Assembly (NCBI GenBank): GCA_007376425.1
Contig: VMGG01000004.1
Span: 1-55,441, forward strand
Length of the DNA: 55,441 bases
Source: Parcubacteria group bacterium Gr01-1014_2
GTDB lineage: Bacteria > Patescibacteriota > Minisyncoccia > 2-02-FULL-40-12
Direction: 5' to 3'
The notes beneath the pieces are model-generated. The model saw only the letters and a list, made by a program, of their open reading frames with translations. It was not told where the DNA came from and did no database searches. The translations under genes were made by a program, and so were the position numbers. Below, piece by piece: positions 1 to 9,904 of the stretch; within the stretch, counting starts at the first letter, position 1; each line of letters begins with the position of its first letter.

Positions 1-492
1 GCCAAATCAATCAATCCCGACATTTCGGTTGAAGGCGAGTTAGGTTATCTTCGCGGCGAATCAAAAATACAAGAAACAATAGAGATAAAGCCCGAAGACT
101 TTACCAAGCCTGAAGAAGCTAAAGAGTTTGTAGAAAAGACCGGGGTGGATCGTTTGGCTATAGTTTTTGGAAATATCCACGGGGTTGTTTCAAAACAAAA
201 AGAGAAGCTCGATTTTAGTTTGCTTAAGAAAATAAACAAAGCCGTTCCGGAAACCTTTTTGGTTTTGCACGGCGGTTCTGGACTGGCTGATAAAGAATTT
301 AAAAAATCGATTGAAAACGGAATTACCAATATCCATATCAATACTGAAGTTAGAGTGGCTTATCGCGAGGGCTTGGAGGAAAAACTTAAAGAATCGCCCC
401 AAGAAACAACGCCTTATAAATTCCTTGAGAAAGCGGTAGAAGGAATGCAGAGAGTTGTAGAAGATAAAGTTAGAATATTTCTTAGATTATAA
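1..492 (+). CDS. fba: class II fructose-bisphosphate aldolase, C-terminal part (5' end outside window)
   Basis: Frame 1 is open from base 1. Translation contains EGELGYLRGES, LAIVFGNIHG, LVLHGGSG and NIHINTE, typical of class II FBA. Confidence 0.8.
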   Translation, partial: AKSINPDISVEGELGYLRGESKIQETIEIKPEDFTKPEEAKEFVEKTGVDRLAIVFGNIHGVVSKQKEKLDFSLLKKINKAVPETFLVLHGGSGLADKEFKKSIENGITNIHINTEVRVAYREGLEEKLKESPQETTPYKFLEKAVEGMQRVVEDKVRIFLRL

Positions 493-592
493 ATCCCAAA
501 ATCCAATGACCAATGATCAATCAAATCCTAAACCCCAATTGGTCATTAATTTGTTTTAATCATTGATTGGGTATTGGGATTTGGTCATTGAG
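493..592. repeat. heptamer-periodic imperfect palindrome (family E) in the fba-secD spacer
   Basis: Left arm reads aaatccc/aaaatcc/aatgacc/aatgatc. Right arm reads tgggtat/tgggatt/tggtcat. Period is 7 nt and the arms are roughly complementary. Confidence 0.6.
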
Positions 593-596
593 AATT

Positions 597-1829
597 ATGA
601 AAATAACCATCTTGATAATTATTTTCATCCTGTTGGCTTTTTTTGTTTATCCGCAATTACCAAACAGGTTTTTGGGCGGATTCAAATTTCCGGAAAAGCC
701 CTTTCGATTGGGTCTTGATTTGCTTGGCGGAGCCAGATTAGTTTATCAGGCTGATTTGGCCAATATTCCAGAATCCGATCGAGGCGACTCAATGGAAGGC
801 GTTCGCAATGTAATCGAGCGGAGGGTTAATCTTTTTGGTGTGGCCGAGCCGGTTGTTCAATTAAGCGGCAACGACAGGTTGATAGTGGAAATGCCCCAAG
901 TCAAGGACGTTGCCGAAGCGATTAAACTGATAGGGGAGACGCCGTTTTTGGAATTCAAGGAATTGGCCGGAGAAATAAAGGAAGGACAAGAAATTTCCGC
1001 CGAAGATTTTGTTTCCACCAGCTTAAGTGGCAAGCAGTTAAAACGAGCTTATTTGTCTTTTGATCCTAATACAAACCTGCCCCATGTCAGTTTGGAATAC
1101 AATGATGAGGGCGCAAGACTGCTTTCAGAAATTTCAAAAAGGAATTTCCGCCGGCCGTTAGCTATTTTTTTAGACGGGCTGCCGATTTCAATTCCCATAG
1201 TTCAAGATGAAATAACTAATGGCCAGGCAGTAATAAGCGGGAAATTTACAATTGATGAAGCCCGGGAGTTAGCCGGCCGCCTTTCAGCCGGCGCTTTACC
1301 GGTGCCGATTCATTTAATCTCCCAAGAAATTATTGGACCAAGTCTTGGCCGGATGTCGCTTGAGCAAAGCTTGAAAGCCGGGCTTTATGGCTTAGTTGCT
1401 TTAGTTTTATTTATGGTTATTTTTTACAGAGGCTATGGTTTGATTTCAGTTTTTGTCTTATTTTTTTATACCTTTTCAGTTTTAACGATTTTTAAATTGT
1501 TGCCGGTGACCTTAACTTTGGCTGGAGTGGCCGGGTTTATTTTATCGCTTGGCATGGCTGTTGACGGGAATATTTTGATTTTTTCCCGGATTAAAGAAGA
1601 ATTGAAAGCCGGGAAAAGCCGCACTGCGGCGATTGATGCTGGTTTTCAGCGGGCCTGGTCTTCAATCCGCGACTCCCAGGTTACCACTTTGATTGCTGCT
1701 TTTGTTCTTTATATTTTTTCAACTTCATTGGTTAAAGGTTTTGCCTTAACTTTAGCCATCGGCACAATTTTCAGTATCTTCAGTGCAGTTTATGTAACAA
1801 AAGTTTTTTTAAAGTCAATTTATGGCTAG
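597..1829 (+). CDS. secD: protein translocase subunit SecD
   Basis: ATG at 597 (MKITILII). Has an N-terminal TM, GLDLLGG ARLVYQAD and a C-terminal 6-TM block. No adjacent secF. Confidence 0.85.
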   Translation: MKITILIIIFILLAFFVYPQLPNRFLGGFKFPEKPFRLGLDLLGGARLVYQADLANIPESDRGDSMEGVRNVIERRVNLFGVAEPVVQLSGNDRLIVEMPQVKDVAEAIKLIGETPFLEFKELAGEIKEGQEISAEDFVSTSLSGKQLKRAYLSFDPNTNLPHVSLEYNDEGARLLSEISKRNFRRPLAIFLDGLPISIPIVQDEITNGQAVISGKFTIDEARELAGRLSAGALPVPIHLISQEIIGPSLGRMSLEQSLKAGLYGLVALVLFMVIFYRGYGLISVFVLFFYTFSVLTIFKLLPVTLTLAGVAGFILSLGMAVDGNILIFSRIKEELKAGKSRTAAIDAGFQRAWSSIRDSQVTTLIAAFVLYIFSTSLVKGFALTLAIGTIFSIFSAVYVTKVFLKSIYG

Positions 1830-3285
1830 GCAACTTTTAAAATCCGAACACTTCTATAAATTTTTTCTGTGTCCGCATTGGATTTGGTATGACATCTACG
1901 AAGACCAGAAAAAGCATAAACACATTCCGCCGGTTTTAGAAATGCTTTACTCCGGTCGCATCCGCGAGCCGAATTCAGTTTTGCCGACTCAAGAATTCGT
2001 GGAAGTAAAACAAGAGCTTTATAATGACTTGGACGAAGCCTTCTTAGCCACAGTTGAGCTGATGAAGCAAGGCAAGAATATTTATAAACCGGTTTTGATG
2101 GAGGGCCATTGGGTCGGCGAGCCTGATTTTATTGAACGCCGTCCTATTGCTGAATTAAAAGCAGTGGATCGGTCAGCCAAAAGCAGTTTCGGCGACTGGT
2201 ATTACATTGCTTATGATATTCGCAATGACCCGGAGCTTAAAGACGAATACAAATTCCCTTTGGTTTTTGCGAGTTTGATTTTAGAAAAAATCCAAGGCGC
2301 AAGACCTCAAGATGCCTACATTATTAACGCCGATGGGGAAGCGAGGTCGTTTTTGATCGAGCCGTTTTTGGACAAATTCCAGCTTACCCTTAAAGAGATT
2401 GAAAAAGTTCTTGAGGGTGAAAAGCCGCCGCCATTCATAAAAGGCGGATGCAAGAGAAGCCCCTGGTTTGCTATTTGCGAGGAGGAAACCAAAGGCTGTG
2501 AGGATGTTTCTTTGATTCAAGGTCTTAGTCAGCGGGACCAGCGCGATTTATATGAATTAGGGGTAAAAACCCTCGGACAACTGGCTAAAACGGAATTAGA
2601 CCGGCTCCAGGGAGGACTTGAAGGCTGGAATTTTGATAAATTAATCAGAGTTCATAATCAGGCTCAAGTTTTAATTTCCGGTAAAGCGTTAATCACCCAG
2701 CATTATAATTTTCCGGAAGTGAAAACTGAAGTTTATTTCGACGTTGAAAGCGACCCGACCCGCGGAATTGATTTTTTGCTCGGTTTGTTAATTAAGAAAG
2801 GCAGGAAAACAGAATTTAAATATTTTTTAGCCAAAGGCAAGGAAGAGGAAAGGGAAATTTGGGAAGACTTTTTGAAATTTTTGGGAGAGTTAGATGATTT
2901 CGTAATCTATCATTACGGCTATTATGAAAAGCATGTATTACAGAGGTTTGAAAAAAGATACGGGGCCCAGTCGGAATTAATGAAAAAATTCCGCGATAAC
3001 AGTTTGGATTTGTATAATATTACAATCAATTCAGTAATTATGCCGTTATATTTTTATAGTTTGAAAGACATTGCCGGGTTCATTGGTTATAAGTGGAATG
3101 ATCAGGGAGCGGGCGGGGGAGAGGCGGTGACTTGGTATGATCAGTGGCTCGAGACCGGGAAGAAAGATTTTTTGGATAAGCTTATTAAATACAATGAAGA
3201 TGATGTCCGAGCAACGCTTTTGATTAAAGAATGGTTAGAAAAACAAAAACCAAAGGTACAGAAGGAAGAGTTGCCGATAGAATAA
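1822..3285 (+). CDS. RecB-family nuclease (TM0106-like) with C-terminal RNase H-fold exonuclease-like domain
   Basis: 487 aa. Cas4/RecB-like N-terminal part, then YFDVESDP, YHYGYYEK and YNEDDVRAT motifs. Confidence 0.65.
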   Translation: MARQLLKSEHFYKFFLCPHWIWYDIYEDQKKHKHIPPVLEMLYSGRIREPNSVLPTQEFVEVKQELYNDLDEAFLATVELMKQGKNIYKPVLMEGHWVGEPDFIERRPIAELKAVDRSAKSSFGDWYYIAYDIRNDPELKDEYKFPLVFASLILEKIQGARPQDAYIINADGEARSFLIEPFLDKFQLTLKEIEKVLEGEKPPPFIKGGCKRSPWFAICEEETKGCEDVSLIQGLSQRDQRDLYELGVKTLGQLAKTELDRLQGGLEGWNFDKLIRVHNQAQVLISGKALITQHYNFPEVKTEVYFDVESDPTRGIDFLLGLLIKKGRKTEFKYFLAKGKEEEREIWEDFLKFLGELDDFVIYHYGYYEKHVLQRFEKRYGAQSELMKKFRDNSLDLYNITINSVIMPLYFYSLKDIAGFIGYKWNDQGAGGGEAVTWYDQWLETGKKDFLDKLIKYNEDDVRATLLIKEWLEKQKPKVQKEELPIE

Positions 3286-3296
3286 ATATATAGACA

Positions 3297-3315
3297 CTGT
3301 CGCGTTTCGCGACAG
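3297..3315 (+). terminator. hairpin after the nuclease gene
   Basis: ctgtcgcg-ttt-cgcgacag, 8-bp GC stem, flanked by atatata/tatatat. Confidence 0.45.
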
Positions 3316-3424
3316 GTATATATTTAGTTCGCTCGGCCGTCATGAAAATAAATTTTCCTGCGGCCTCGCTGCTAAATATAGGGCTATTGCCAAAATGGGT
3401 TTTGAAAGAGTATAAAGGTAATAA

Positions 3425-3841
3425 ATGGATTCAGAGTCTAATCAACAATTTTTTTGGTTTTTAATTATTTTAATTCTTTCTTTGTTTGCCGGAGCAGTTT
3501 TTATTTTTAGCAAAGATTTGCCTAAAAACCAGCAGGCTAATGTAGGCGAGCCTAAAAATTATGTAGGCCGGACTTACACGGTTTTTTACACCAACGGCGT
3601 TTTCAGTCCGACCAATTTGCAGATTAATGTCGGCGACACAGTCAGATTTATGAATGATAGTCTTTTCCCGATAAGGGTTGTTTCTGAACCTCATCCTAAA
3701 CACACTGATTTGCCTGGTTTTGACAGCATCTCGGATATTACATCACAAGGCGTATTTACTTTTACTTTTATCAAAAGAGGCATATTCGACTACCATAACG
3801 AAAAAAAAGTTGAGCAAAAAGGAACAGTGATAGTTAAATGA
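3425..3841 (+). CDS. membrane-anchored cupredoxin-fold-like protein
   Basis: N-terminal TM. The beta-rich domain (NLQINVGDTVRFMND, GTVIVK) resembles cupredoxin/EfeO-like folds. No clear Cys copper ligand. Confidence 0.45.
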   Translation: MDSESNQQFFWFLIILILSLFAGAVFIFSKDLPKNQQANVGEPKNYVGRTYTVFYTNGVFSPTNLQINVGDTVRFMNDSLFPIRVVSEPHPKHTDLPGFDSISDITSQGVFTFTFIKRGIFDYHNEKKVEQKGTVIVK

Positions 3842-4743
3842 AATTTGGCAGAGAGCCCGTCATAAAAGCTTGCTTTCATGACGGGCGAATGAATCAAATT
3901 CAAACCTTGTTTTTTTTGCTTTTCCTCCAAGAACTCGGGCTTTTTGCCGCGACCCAGCTACTGGGGATTGTTGTGGCTTTATATAATATTAGTTTAAGTG
4001 AAGATGTACCCCCTCCTGTTGATTTAGCTAATTTAAATATTGATCAAATAATTTTCTTTTTGGCCCTTTATACTATTTTAATTTATTTTATGACTAAATT
4101 TTCTCATAAAGCCGGAGGATTTTTTAGATTTATTTTAGGATTAGTTATTTTTACTGGAAGTCAGTTAGTATTTTCAGTAATTTATATGAATTTTATTTTC
4201 ACTGCTTTGGCTTCACTTTTATTAGTTATTTTGGTTTTTAAAAAAAGAATAGTTTTTATTCATAATATAGGAATAATTTTAGGGATGGCCGGAATCGGAG
4301 CAGTTCTTGGTTTGTCTTTGACTCCGGTTTCAGTGGTGGTGCTACTTTTAATCTTGTCTTTTTACGATATAGTCGCGGTTTATAAAACCGGCCATATGGT
4401 AAAAATTGCTGAAGACATGATTAAGTCCCGGGCAATTTCCGGAATTGTCTTGCCCCAAAATAGGAAAGGCTGGTCGGCCAATATTACTAGGGTCCGGCCC
4501 GGAGGAGAATATATGATTTTAGGTTCTGGTGATTTAATAATGCCGCTTATTTTAATTTCTTCGGTCATTGGGATTCATGGTTTGGCCAGCGGACTGGTTG
4601 TTTTATTTTTCTCTCTTTTAGGTCTTTCTCTGACTTATTATCTTTTTGTTACCCAGCGGACAAGACGGCCCATGGCGGCTTTGCCGCCGATTGCCGCGAT
4701 GTCAATAGTGGGTTATTTAATTGCAACCTTTTTTAATTTTTAA
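3838..4743 (+). CDS. presenilin / signal-peptide-peptidase family (A22, GxGD) intramembrane aspartyl protease
   Basis: Polytopic. YD motif (LSFYDIVAVY), GxGD motif (ILGSGDLIMP) and a PAL-like AALPP near the C-terminus. Confidence 0.7.
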   Translation: MKFGREPVIKACFHDGRMNQIQTLFFLLFLQELGLFAATQLLGIVVALYNISLSEDVPPPVDLANLNIDQIIFFLALYTILIYFMTKFSHKAGGFFRFILGLVIFTGSQLVFSVIYMNFIFTALASLLLVILVFKKRIVFIHNIGIILGMAGIGAVLGLSLTPVSVVVLLLILSFYDIVAVYKTGHMVKIAEDMIKSRAISGIVLPQNRKGWSANITRVRPGGEYMILGSGDLIMPLILISSVIGIHGLASGLVVLFFSLLGLSLTYYLFVTQRTRRPMAALPPIAAMSIVGYLIATFFNF

Positions 4744-4755
4744 TAGAATAAAAGG

Positions 4756-5340
4756 GTGAAGTATAAATTTGCTATTTCTGGAGCGGCTGACATTGGAATG
4801 TGTGATGTAAATGCTTCGCAAAAAGCCGAAGAAATCGGCCGTGAAGTAGTCAAGAATAATGGGATTTTGATTACCGGCGCCACCACCGGCATTCCTGATT
4901 TTGCGGCTAAAGGAGCAAAAGAAGAGGGAGGCGTGGTTATTGGTTTAAGCCCGGCATCTTCGTACCAACATCACATTAAAACATACAAGCTGCCGATCGG
5001 TTGTTGCGAAACCATTATTTTTACCGGTTTTGGCTATTCTGGAAGAAATCTGTTATTGACAAAAGCTGCTGACGCAGTTATAGTTATATGCGGAGGATTC
5101 GGAACTTTAAATGAGTTTACGATTGCTTTGGAAGATGATAAACCAATTGGCGTCTTAACCGGAACTGGCGGGGCCACAGAAGAAATTTCCAATCTTTTGT
5201 TAAATATCCGAGATCCACATAAGCATGGCGCCGGGAAAGTTGTTTTTTCAAATGACCCGAAAGAATTAATTGGCAAACTCGTTAAACTAATCGAACGAGA
5301 ACAAGAAGAACTTAAAACTCCTCCGCCGATAGGAGAATAG
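4756..5340 (+). CDS. LOG/TIGR00725-family Rossmann protein
   Basis: GTG start. Contains GILITGATTGIP, VIGLSP and GGFGTLNEF. Confidence 0.6.
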   Translation: MKYKFAISGAADIGMCDVNASQKAEEIGREVVKNNGILITGATTGIPDFAAKGAKEEGGVVIGLSPASSYQHHIKTYKLPIGCCETIIFTGFGYSGRNLLLTKAADAVIVICGGFGTLNEFTIALEDDKPIGVLTGTGGATEEISNLLLNIRDPHKHGAGKVVFSNDPKELIGKLVKLIEREQEELKTPPPIGE

Positions 5341-5373
5341 GTCGATTATATTAATATTTTTGAGTATTCTAAT

Positions 5374-5625
5374 ATGACAGAAGAAAAATCTATCGGAAAA
5401 ATCTCCCATTATTACGATAAAATCGGAGTCGGGATTATAGAATTAGCCGGTGGTCTAAAGACGGGCGATACCATTAAAGTTAAAGGAAAGGACACTGATT
5501 TTGAGCAAGTTATTGATTCGATGCAGATTGAGCATGCCCAAGTCGAGAAAGCAAAAAAGGGTGATGTCATCGGTGTCAAAATGAATCAGAAAGTAAAAGA
5601 GGGAGACGAAGTGTACCTTAAGTAA
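5374..5625 (+). CDS. small EF-Tu domain-2-like beta-barrel protein
   Basis: 83 aa. Contains GVGIIELAGGLKTGDTIKVKG and KKGDVIGVK. Confidence 0.45.
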   Translation: MTEEKSIGKISHYYDKIGVGIIELAGGLKTGDTIKVKGKDTDFEQVIDSMQIEHAQVEKAKKGDVIGVKMNQKVKEGDEVYLK

Positions 5626-5748
5626 AATCCCAAATCTCAAGCACCAAATTCCAAATAAACTCCAAATTCAAAATTCCAAACATTTAGAATTTAGGTCATT
5701 GGAACTTGATTATTATTTGTGATTTGTGATTTGGAAATTGTAATTTTA
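5625..5748. repeat. family E heptamer-periodic palindrome upstream of lon
   Basis: The left arm aaatcccaaatctcaagcaccaaattccaaataaactccaaattcaaaattccaaac is about 85% identical, by eye, to an in-frame segment of mnmA (14832-14892). The right arm has tttgtga repeats. Confidence 0.65.
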
Positions 5749-5752
5749 GTTT

Positions 5753-8161
5753 ATGTCTGAATTCAAGATCAACAATTTTACTGTTAAAGAAGAGCTTCCG
5801 GTGATTGCTTTGCGGGATATGACTTTATTCCCGACTTTAATTGTTCCTTTAGCCATCGGCCGGGTAAAAACTCTTTCAGCTTTGGATAAGGCCATGGCTA
5901 GCGACAAATTGGCTATTTTTGTAACTCAAAAAAATTCATCTGAAGATATTACCCCAGAAGATTTATATTCTTTTGGAACGATCGGCAAGATCAACATGGT
6001 TTTTAAATCAAGCGCCGGCACAGCCAGAGTAGAAGTTGAGGGCGTAAAAAGAGTTAAAATTTTAAGTTTTTCCCAGACTGATCCCTATTTAACGGCTAAG
6101 ATTGAACCATTGGATGTTGTTATTACTGATGACATAGAGGTAAAGGCTTTGAGCCGTTCAGTTTTGGATAATTTTGCCGATGTTTCAGAAAAAGGCAGGC
6201 CCCTTCCGCCTGGATTTTTAAATTTAATCAGGAGTATCAAGGATCCGGAACAAGTTTTATATTTAATTGTTTACCACCTTGTCCTTTCGGTGGTTGAACA
6301 GCAAAAGATTTTAGAAACTCTTGATATAAAAGAAGCCTTAAGATTAGTAAATAAATATTTAGTTAAGGAGCTTGAAATTCTTGAAACCGAGAAAAAACTG
6401 GCTAAAGAAACCAGAAAACAGCTTGGCAAAATGCAGAAAGAAGTTTATTTACGGGAGCAGCTTAAAAGCATTGAAAAAGAATTGGGGTTGGGCGGTGAAA
6501 AAAGCGATTTTGAAGTCCTTCGCAAAAAAATCAAGGAAGTAAAAATGCCTAAAGAAGTTGAAACTAAAGCAATGAAAGAACTTGAGCGGATGGAGAGAAT
6601 GCCTTCTTTCAGTCCCGAAGTCTCTTACATTAGGACTTATCTTGACTGGCTGGTGGAATTGCCCTGGTCAACTTCTTCAGATGGGAAAATAGATATTAAA
6701 AAAGCCGTAAAGATTTTAGAGAGCGACCACTTTGGCCTTGAAAAAGCCAAAGAAAGAATTCTCGAATATTTGGCCGTTCAAAAACAGGTTGGCAAAATAA
6801 AAGGGCCGATCCTTTGTTTTATTGGGCCGCCCGGAACAGGGAAGACTTCAATTGGCCAGTCAATTGCCAAAGCTTTAGGCCGGAAGTTTTTGAGAATTTC
6901 CCTTGGCGGAGTCAGGGACGAAGCCGAGATAAGGGGGCATCGCCGAACTTATGTCGGGGCTTTGCCCGGCCGGATTATTCAAGGGATCCATAATGTAGGA
7001 ATTTGTAATCCGGTATTTATGCTGGATGAGATTGATAAGATTGGTTATGACTTCAGGGGAGATCCTTCGGCGGCATTGCTTGAAGCTCTTGATCCGGAAC
7101 AGAATTTTTCTTTTTCCGATCATTATCTCGAGGTTCCGTTTGACTTATCAAATGTTTTGTTTATTACTACGGCCAATGTGATGGATACTATTCCCCCGGC
7201 CTTGAGAGATAGGCTTGAAGTGATTGAATTTCCCGGCTATACCGAACACGAGAAGTTCCATATTGCGAAAGGATTTTTAATTCCCAAACTTTTAAAGGAG
7301 CACGGCGTTGAGAAAGTGATTAATTTCAATGATGAAGCGCTTCATCAGGTCATTAGAAAATATACTCGCGAAGCCGGAGTCAGGGACTTGGAAAGACAAA
7401 TGGCCAAAGTGGTTAGAAAAAATGTCAGGAATTTGGTTGAGAACAATGTAAAAGCAACGAAAATTTCGATTGATCTTCCCTTGCTGAAGAAATTCTTGGG
7501 TCCTGAAAAATATCTTTCCCAGCTGGCTGAAAAAAGCGACGAAGTCGGGGTGGCTACAGGCCTTGCCTGGACTTCGGTCGGCGGGGAAGTGTTGGCGGTT
7601 GAGGTGACGCGAATGCCCGGCAAAGGAAAACTGGAGTTAACCGGCCATCTTGGCAATGTAATGAGGGAGTCAGCTAAGACAGCCTTATCTTTCGGCCGTT
7701 CTTTTGCTTCAAAAGTGAATGATGGCTCTAAAGAGACAGAAATGCTTAAAGATTTTTATAACTACGATATTCATATTCACGTTCCTTCCGGCGCCATTCC
7801 AAAGGACGGGCCTTCAGCCGGTATTACTATTGCGACCGCCCTTATTTCATTATTTACTGGAATAAAAGTAAGAAAGGATGTGGCGATGACCGGAGAAGTG
7901 ACTTTACGCGGCAAGGTTTTGGAGATTGGCGGAATCAAGGAAAAAGTTTTAGCGGCTCACCGAGCCGGTGTTAAAAATGTAATTTTACCTAAAGACAATG
8001 AAAAAGACTTAGACGATATTCCTAAAGAAGTTAAAAAAGAACTCAAGTTTATTTTTGTTGAACATATGGAAGATGTTTTGAAAGCCGCTTTAAAATCTCC
8101 GAGAACTCCCAAAGAAGAAAAAGTAGAACCCAGAAGCTTGATTGCCGGCCATTATGCCTAA
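5753..8161 (+). CDS. lon: ATP-dependent Lon protease
   Basis: 802 aa. Walker A GPPGTGKTS, LDEIDK and protease motif DGPSAGITIATAL. Confidence 0.95.
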   Translation: MSEFKINNFTVKEELPVIALRDMTLFPTLIVPLAIGRVKTLSALDKAMASDKLAIFVTQKNSSEDITPEDLYSFGTIGKINMVFKSSAGTARVEVEGVKRVKILSFSQTDPYLTAKIEPLDVVITDDIEVKALSRSVLDNFADVSEKGRPLPPGFLNLIRSIKDPEQVLYLIVYHLVLSVVEQQKILETLDIKEALRLVNKYLVKELEILETEKKLAKETRKQLGKMQKEVYLREQLKSIEKELGLGGEKSDFEVLRKKIKEVKMPKEVETKAMKELERMERMPSFSPEVSYIRTYLDWLVELPWSTSSDGKIDIKKAVKILESDHFGLEKAKERILEYLAVQKQVGKIKGPILCFIGPPGTGKTSIGQSIAKALGRKFLRISLGGVRDEAEIRGHRRTYVGALPGRIIQGIHNVGICNPVFMLDEIDKIGYDFRGDPSAALLEALDPEQNFSFSDHYLEVPFDLSNVLFITTANVMDTIPPALRDRLEVIEFPGYTEHEKFHIAKGFLIPKLLKEHGVEKVINFNDEALHQVIRKYTREAGVRDLERQMAKVVRKNVRNLVENNVKATKISIDLPLLKKFLGPEKYLSQLAEKSDEVGVATGLAWTSVGGEVLAVEVTRMPGKGKLELTGHLGNVMRESAKTALSFGRSFASKVNDGSKETEMLKDFYNYDIHIHVPSGAIPKDGPSAGITIATALISLFTGIKVRKDVAMTGEVTLRGKVLEIGGIKEKVLAAHRAGVKNVILPKDNEKDLDDIPKEVKKELKFIFVEHMEDVLKAALKSPRTPKEEKVEPRSLIAGHYA

Positions 8162-8351
8162 CGATTATATAATTTTTCCTTCAGCGCGGTCGCTCCTTGC
8201 AATCGGAATAATTTCGGCGGTTTTAGCCCCTCTGGTCGGGATTATTTTGGGGTTTTACTTTTTAAGAAGGCCGCAGTTAGTTAAAGAAGGTAAGGGAATT
8301 CTTTTGGTCGCTTTAGTCTGGTTAAGTATTGTTTTTATATTTGCTTTTTAA
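8142..8351 (+). CDS. possible small 2-TM membrane protein
   Basis: ORF only. Two hydrophobic segments. Overlaps the lon end and the permease start. Confidence 0.25.
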   Translation: MPAIMPNDYIIFPSARSLLAIGIISAVLAPLVGIILGFYFLRRPQLVKEGKGILLVALVWLSIVFIFAF

Positions 8352-9486
8352 TCCCGAGAGAAGAATTTTTCTATACGCAGTTTCGATTTTAGTCGGAACT
8401 ATAGTTGGGGTTGGTATTTTTGGAATTCCTTTTTCTTTTGCCAAGGCCGGGTTTTTATCCGGTATTTTGTTTTTGGTTTTTGTCGGTTTTTTGAGTTTGG
8501 CGGTAAATTTGATTTTTGGAGAAGTGGTCTTGAGAACTAAAGAAATTCATCAGTTCACTGGCTACGCAAAAATATATCTTGGTAAAGGGGCTAAGATCCT
8601 GGCTTCGTTTGCTTGGTTTTTAAGCATCTATGGCGCCCTGCTCGCCTATATAATCATCAGTGGAAATTTCCTTTTCAATATTTTTATTTCCCAGTTTTAT
8701 GAGAACCCTCTCATTTACAGTATTTGGTTCTTTATTTTTGTTTCTTTGGCAGTTTTGGCCGGATTAAAGACAATAGTCCGCTTCGAACTTTTTATGGTTT
8801 TCTTTTTTATATTAGTCGTGTTTTTAGTTTTTATTTTAGGGATTCCCAAAATCGAACTTCAAAATCTGACTACGCTATTTAATCAGGAATTCTGGTTTTT
8901 GCCTTACGGCATTCTGCTTTTTGCTTACGCCGGTTTTTCGGCTATTCCGATCCAAAGAGAAGTGTTGAAAAGCAAAACTGGAGTTTTGAAAAAAGCAATT
9001 TTATGGGGCAGCCTGATTCCGGCCGTCCTTTACTTAATTTTTACTATTTCAATAGTCGGAATTTCAGGTGAAGCAACTTCGCCTGATGTGGTCAGCGGCC
9101 TGACTGATTTTTTTGATTATCGGATTATTTTTCTTGTTTCTATTTTCGGCATCTTGGCGATAACCACTTCTTTTTTGGCTTTAGCCTTTGCTTTAGTTGA
9201 AACTTTTAGGCTTGATTACGGATTTAAACGATTCAACGCTTGGGCTCTAACTTGTTTTATTCCTTTCTTTTTATTTTTGTTCGGGGTCAGAAATTTTATT
9301 GAAGTAATTTCTCTGGCTGGCGCTTTAGCCATTGGAGTCGAAGGTGTAATTTTAGTGGCGATGTATAAAAAAGCCAAAAAATTAGGGAATCGGGAACCAG
9401 AGTATTCTTTAAATTTTCATCCCTGGCTTTTAAATATGATAATGATTCTATTCGCTATCGGAGCTGTATACGCTATATTATTTTGA
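8329..9486 (+). CDS. amino acid permease (Trp/Tyr-permease-like)
   Basis: About 11 TM. Has the VGTIVGVGIFGIPFSFAKAG motif. TTG start is uncertain. Confidence 0.6.
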   Translation: MFLYLLFNPERRIFLYAVSILVGTIVGVGIFGIPFSFAKAGFLSGILFLVFVGFLSLAVNLIFGEVVLRTKEIHQFTGYAKIYLGKGAKILASFAWFLSIYGALLAYIIISGNFLFNIFISQFYENPLIYSIWFFIFVSLAVLAGLKTIVRFELFMVFFFILVVFLVFILGIPKIELQNLTTLFNQEFWFLPYGILLFAYAGFSAIPIQREVLKSKTGVLKKAILWGSLIPAVLYLIFTISIVGISGEATSPDVVSGLTDFFDYRIIFLVSIFGILAITTSFLALAFALVETFRLDYGFKRFNAWALTCFIPFFLFLFGVRNFIEVISLAGALAIGVEGVILVAMYKKAKKLGNREPEYSLNFHPWLLNMIMILFAIGAVYAILF

Positions 9487-9491
9487 AGTGT

Positions 9492-9516
9492 AAAAAGCGC
9501 CCTCAGAGCGCTTTTT
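9492..9516 (+). terminator. Rho-independent terminator
   Basis: aaaaagcgc-cctcaga-gcgcttttt. Confidence 0.8.
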
Positions 9517-9538
9517 ACAATGAGTAGAAAGGCTTGCT

Positions 9539-9721
9539 CGAAAAGCCTCTCGGGTACAGCCATTTCGGAAACACTCGGCCCCGTACCACTAAAATAAATT
9601 AGTTTATTTTCTGTTTATCAGAATAAACCCTCGTTCCTCATTCGCCTCGCTACAAAGAACATCTCCTCTTAACGGCTCGGCTCATGAGGTTCCTCAATGG
9701 CTATACCCTGCGGGCTTTTCG
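9539..9721 (+). mobile_element. MITE-like repeat family A, copy A1
   Basis: About 183 bp. Terminal inverted repeats (TIRs) are cgaaaagcctctcgggtacagccat and atggctataccctgcgggcttttcg. Core is ctgtttatcagaataaaccctcg...ttcgcctcgcta...acggctcggctc. Confidence 0.75.
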
Positions 9722-9820
9722 TTTAAAAATTGATACGCCCTCGCCGCTTTCCATAGCCACAAACTCGCAAAAGTTCAGAAACTGATACAGCCAAGCTGGT
9801 TTCTGTTTTCGTTTGATTTC

Positions 9821-9849
9821 TTGGCATTTTTTTGTTGTATTGCTATTAT
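9821..9849 (+). promoter_or_regulatory. sigma70-like promoter of the MOSC cassette
   Basis: TTGGCA, 17-nt spacer, TATTAT, with TGC immediately upstream (extended -10 like). Confidence 0.5.
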
Positions 9850-9904
9850 GTAGATTGTTCCAAAAATCGTTCCAAGATAACTCACGATTATAGGAGGACC
9901 AGAA

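Noticed and set aside
597-1829. Missing secF next to secD as a sign of a novel translocon arrangement.
   Set aside because: secF may simply be encoded elsewhere. Nothing in the window supports more than the observation that it is not adjacent.
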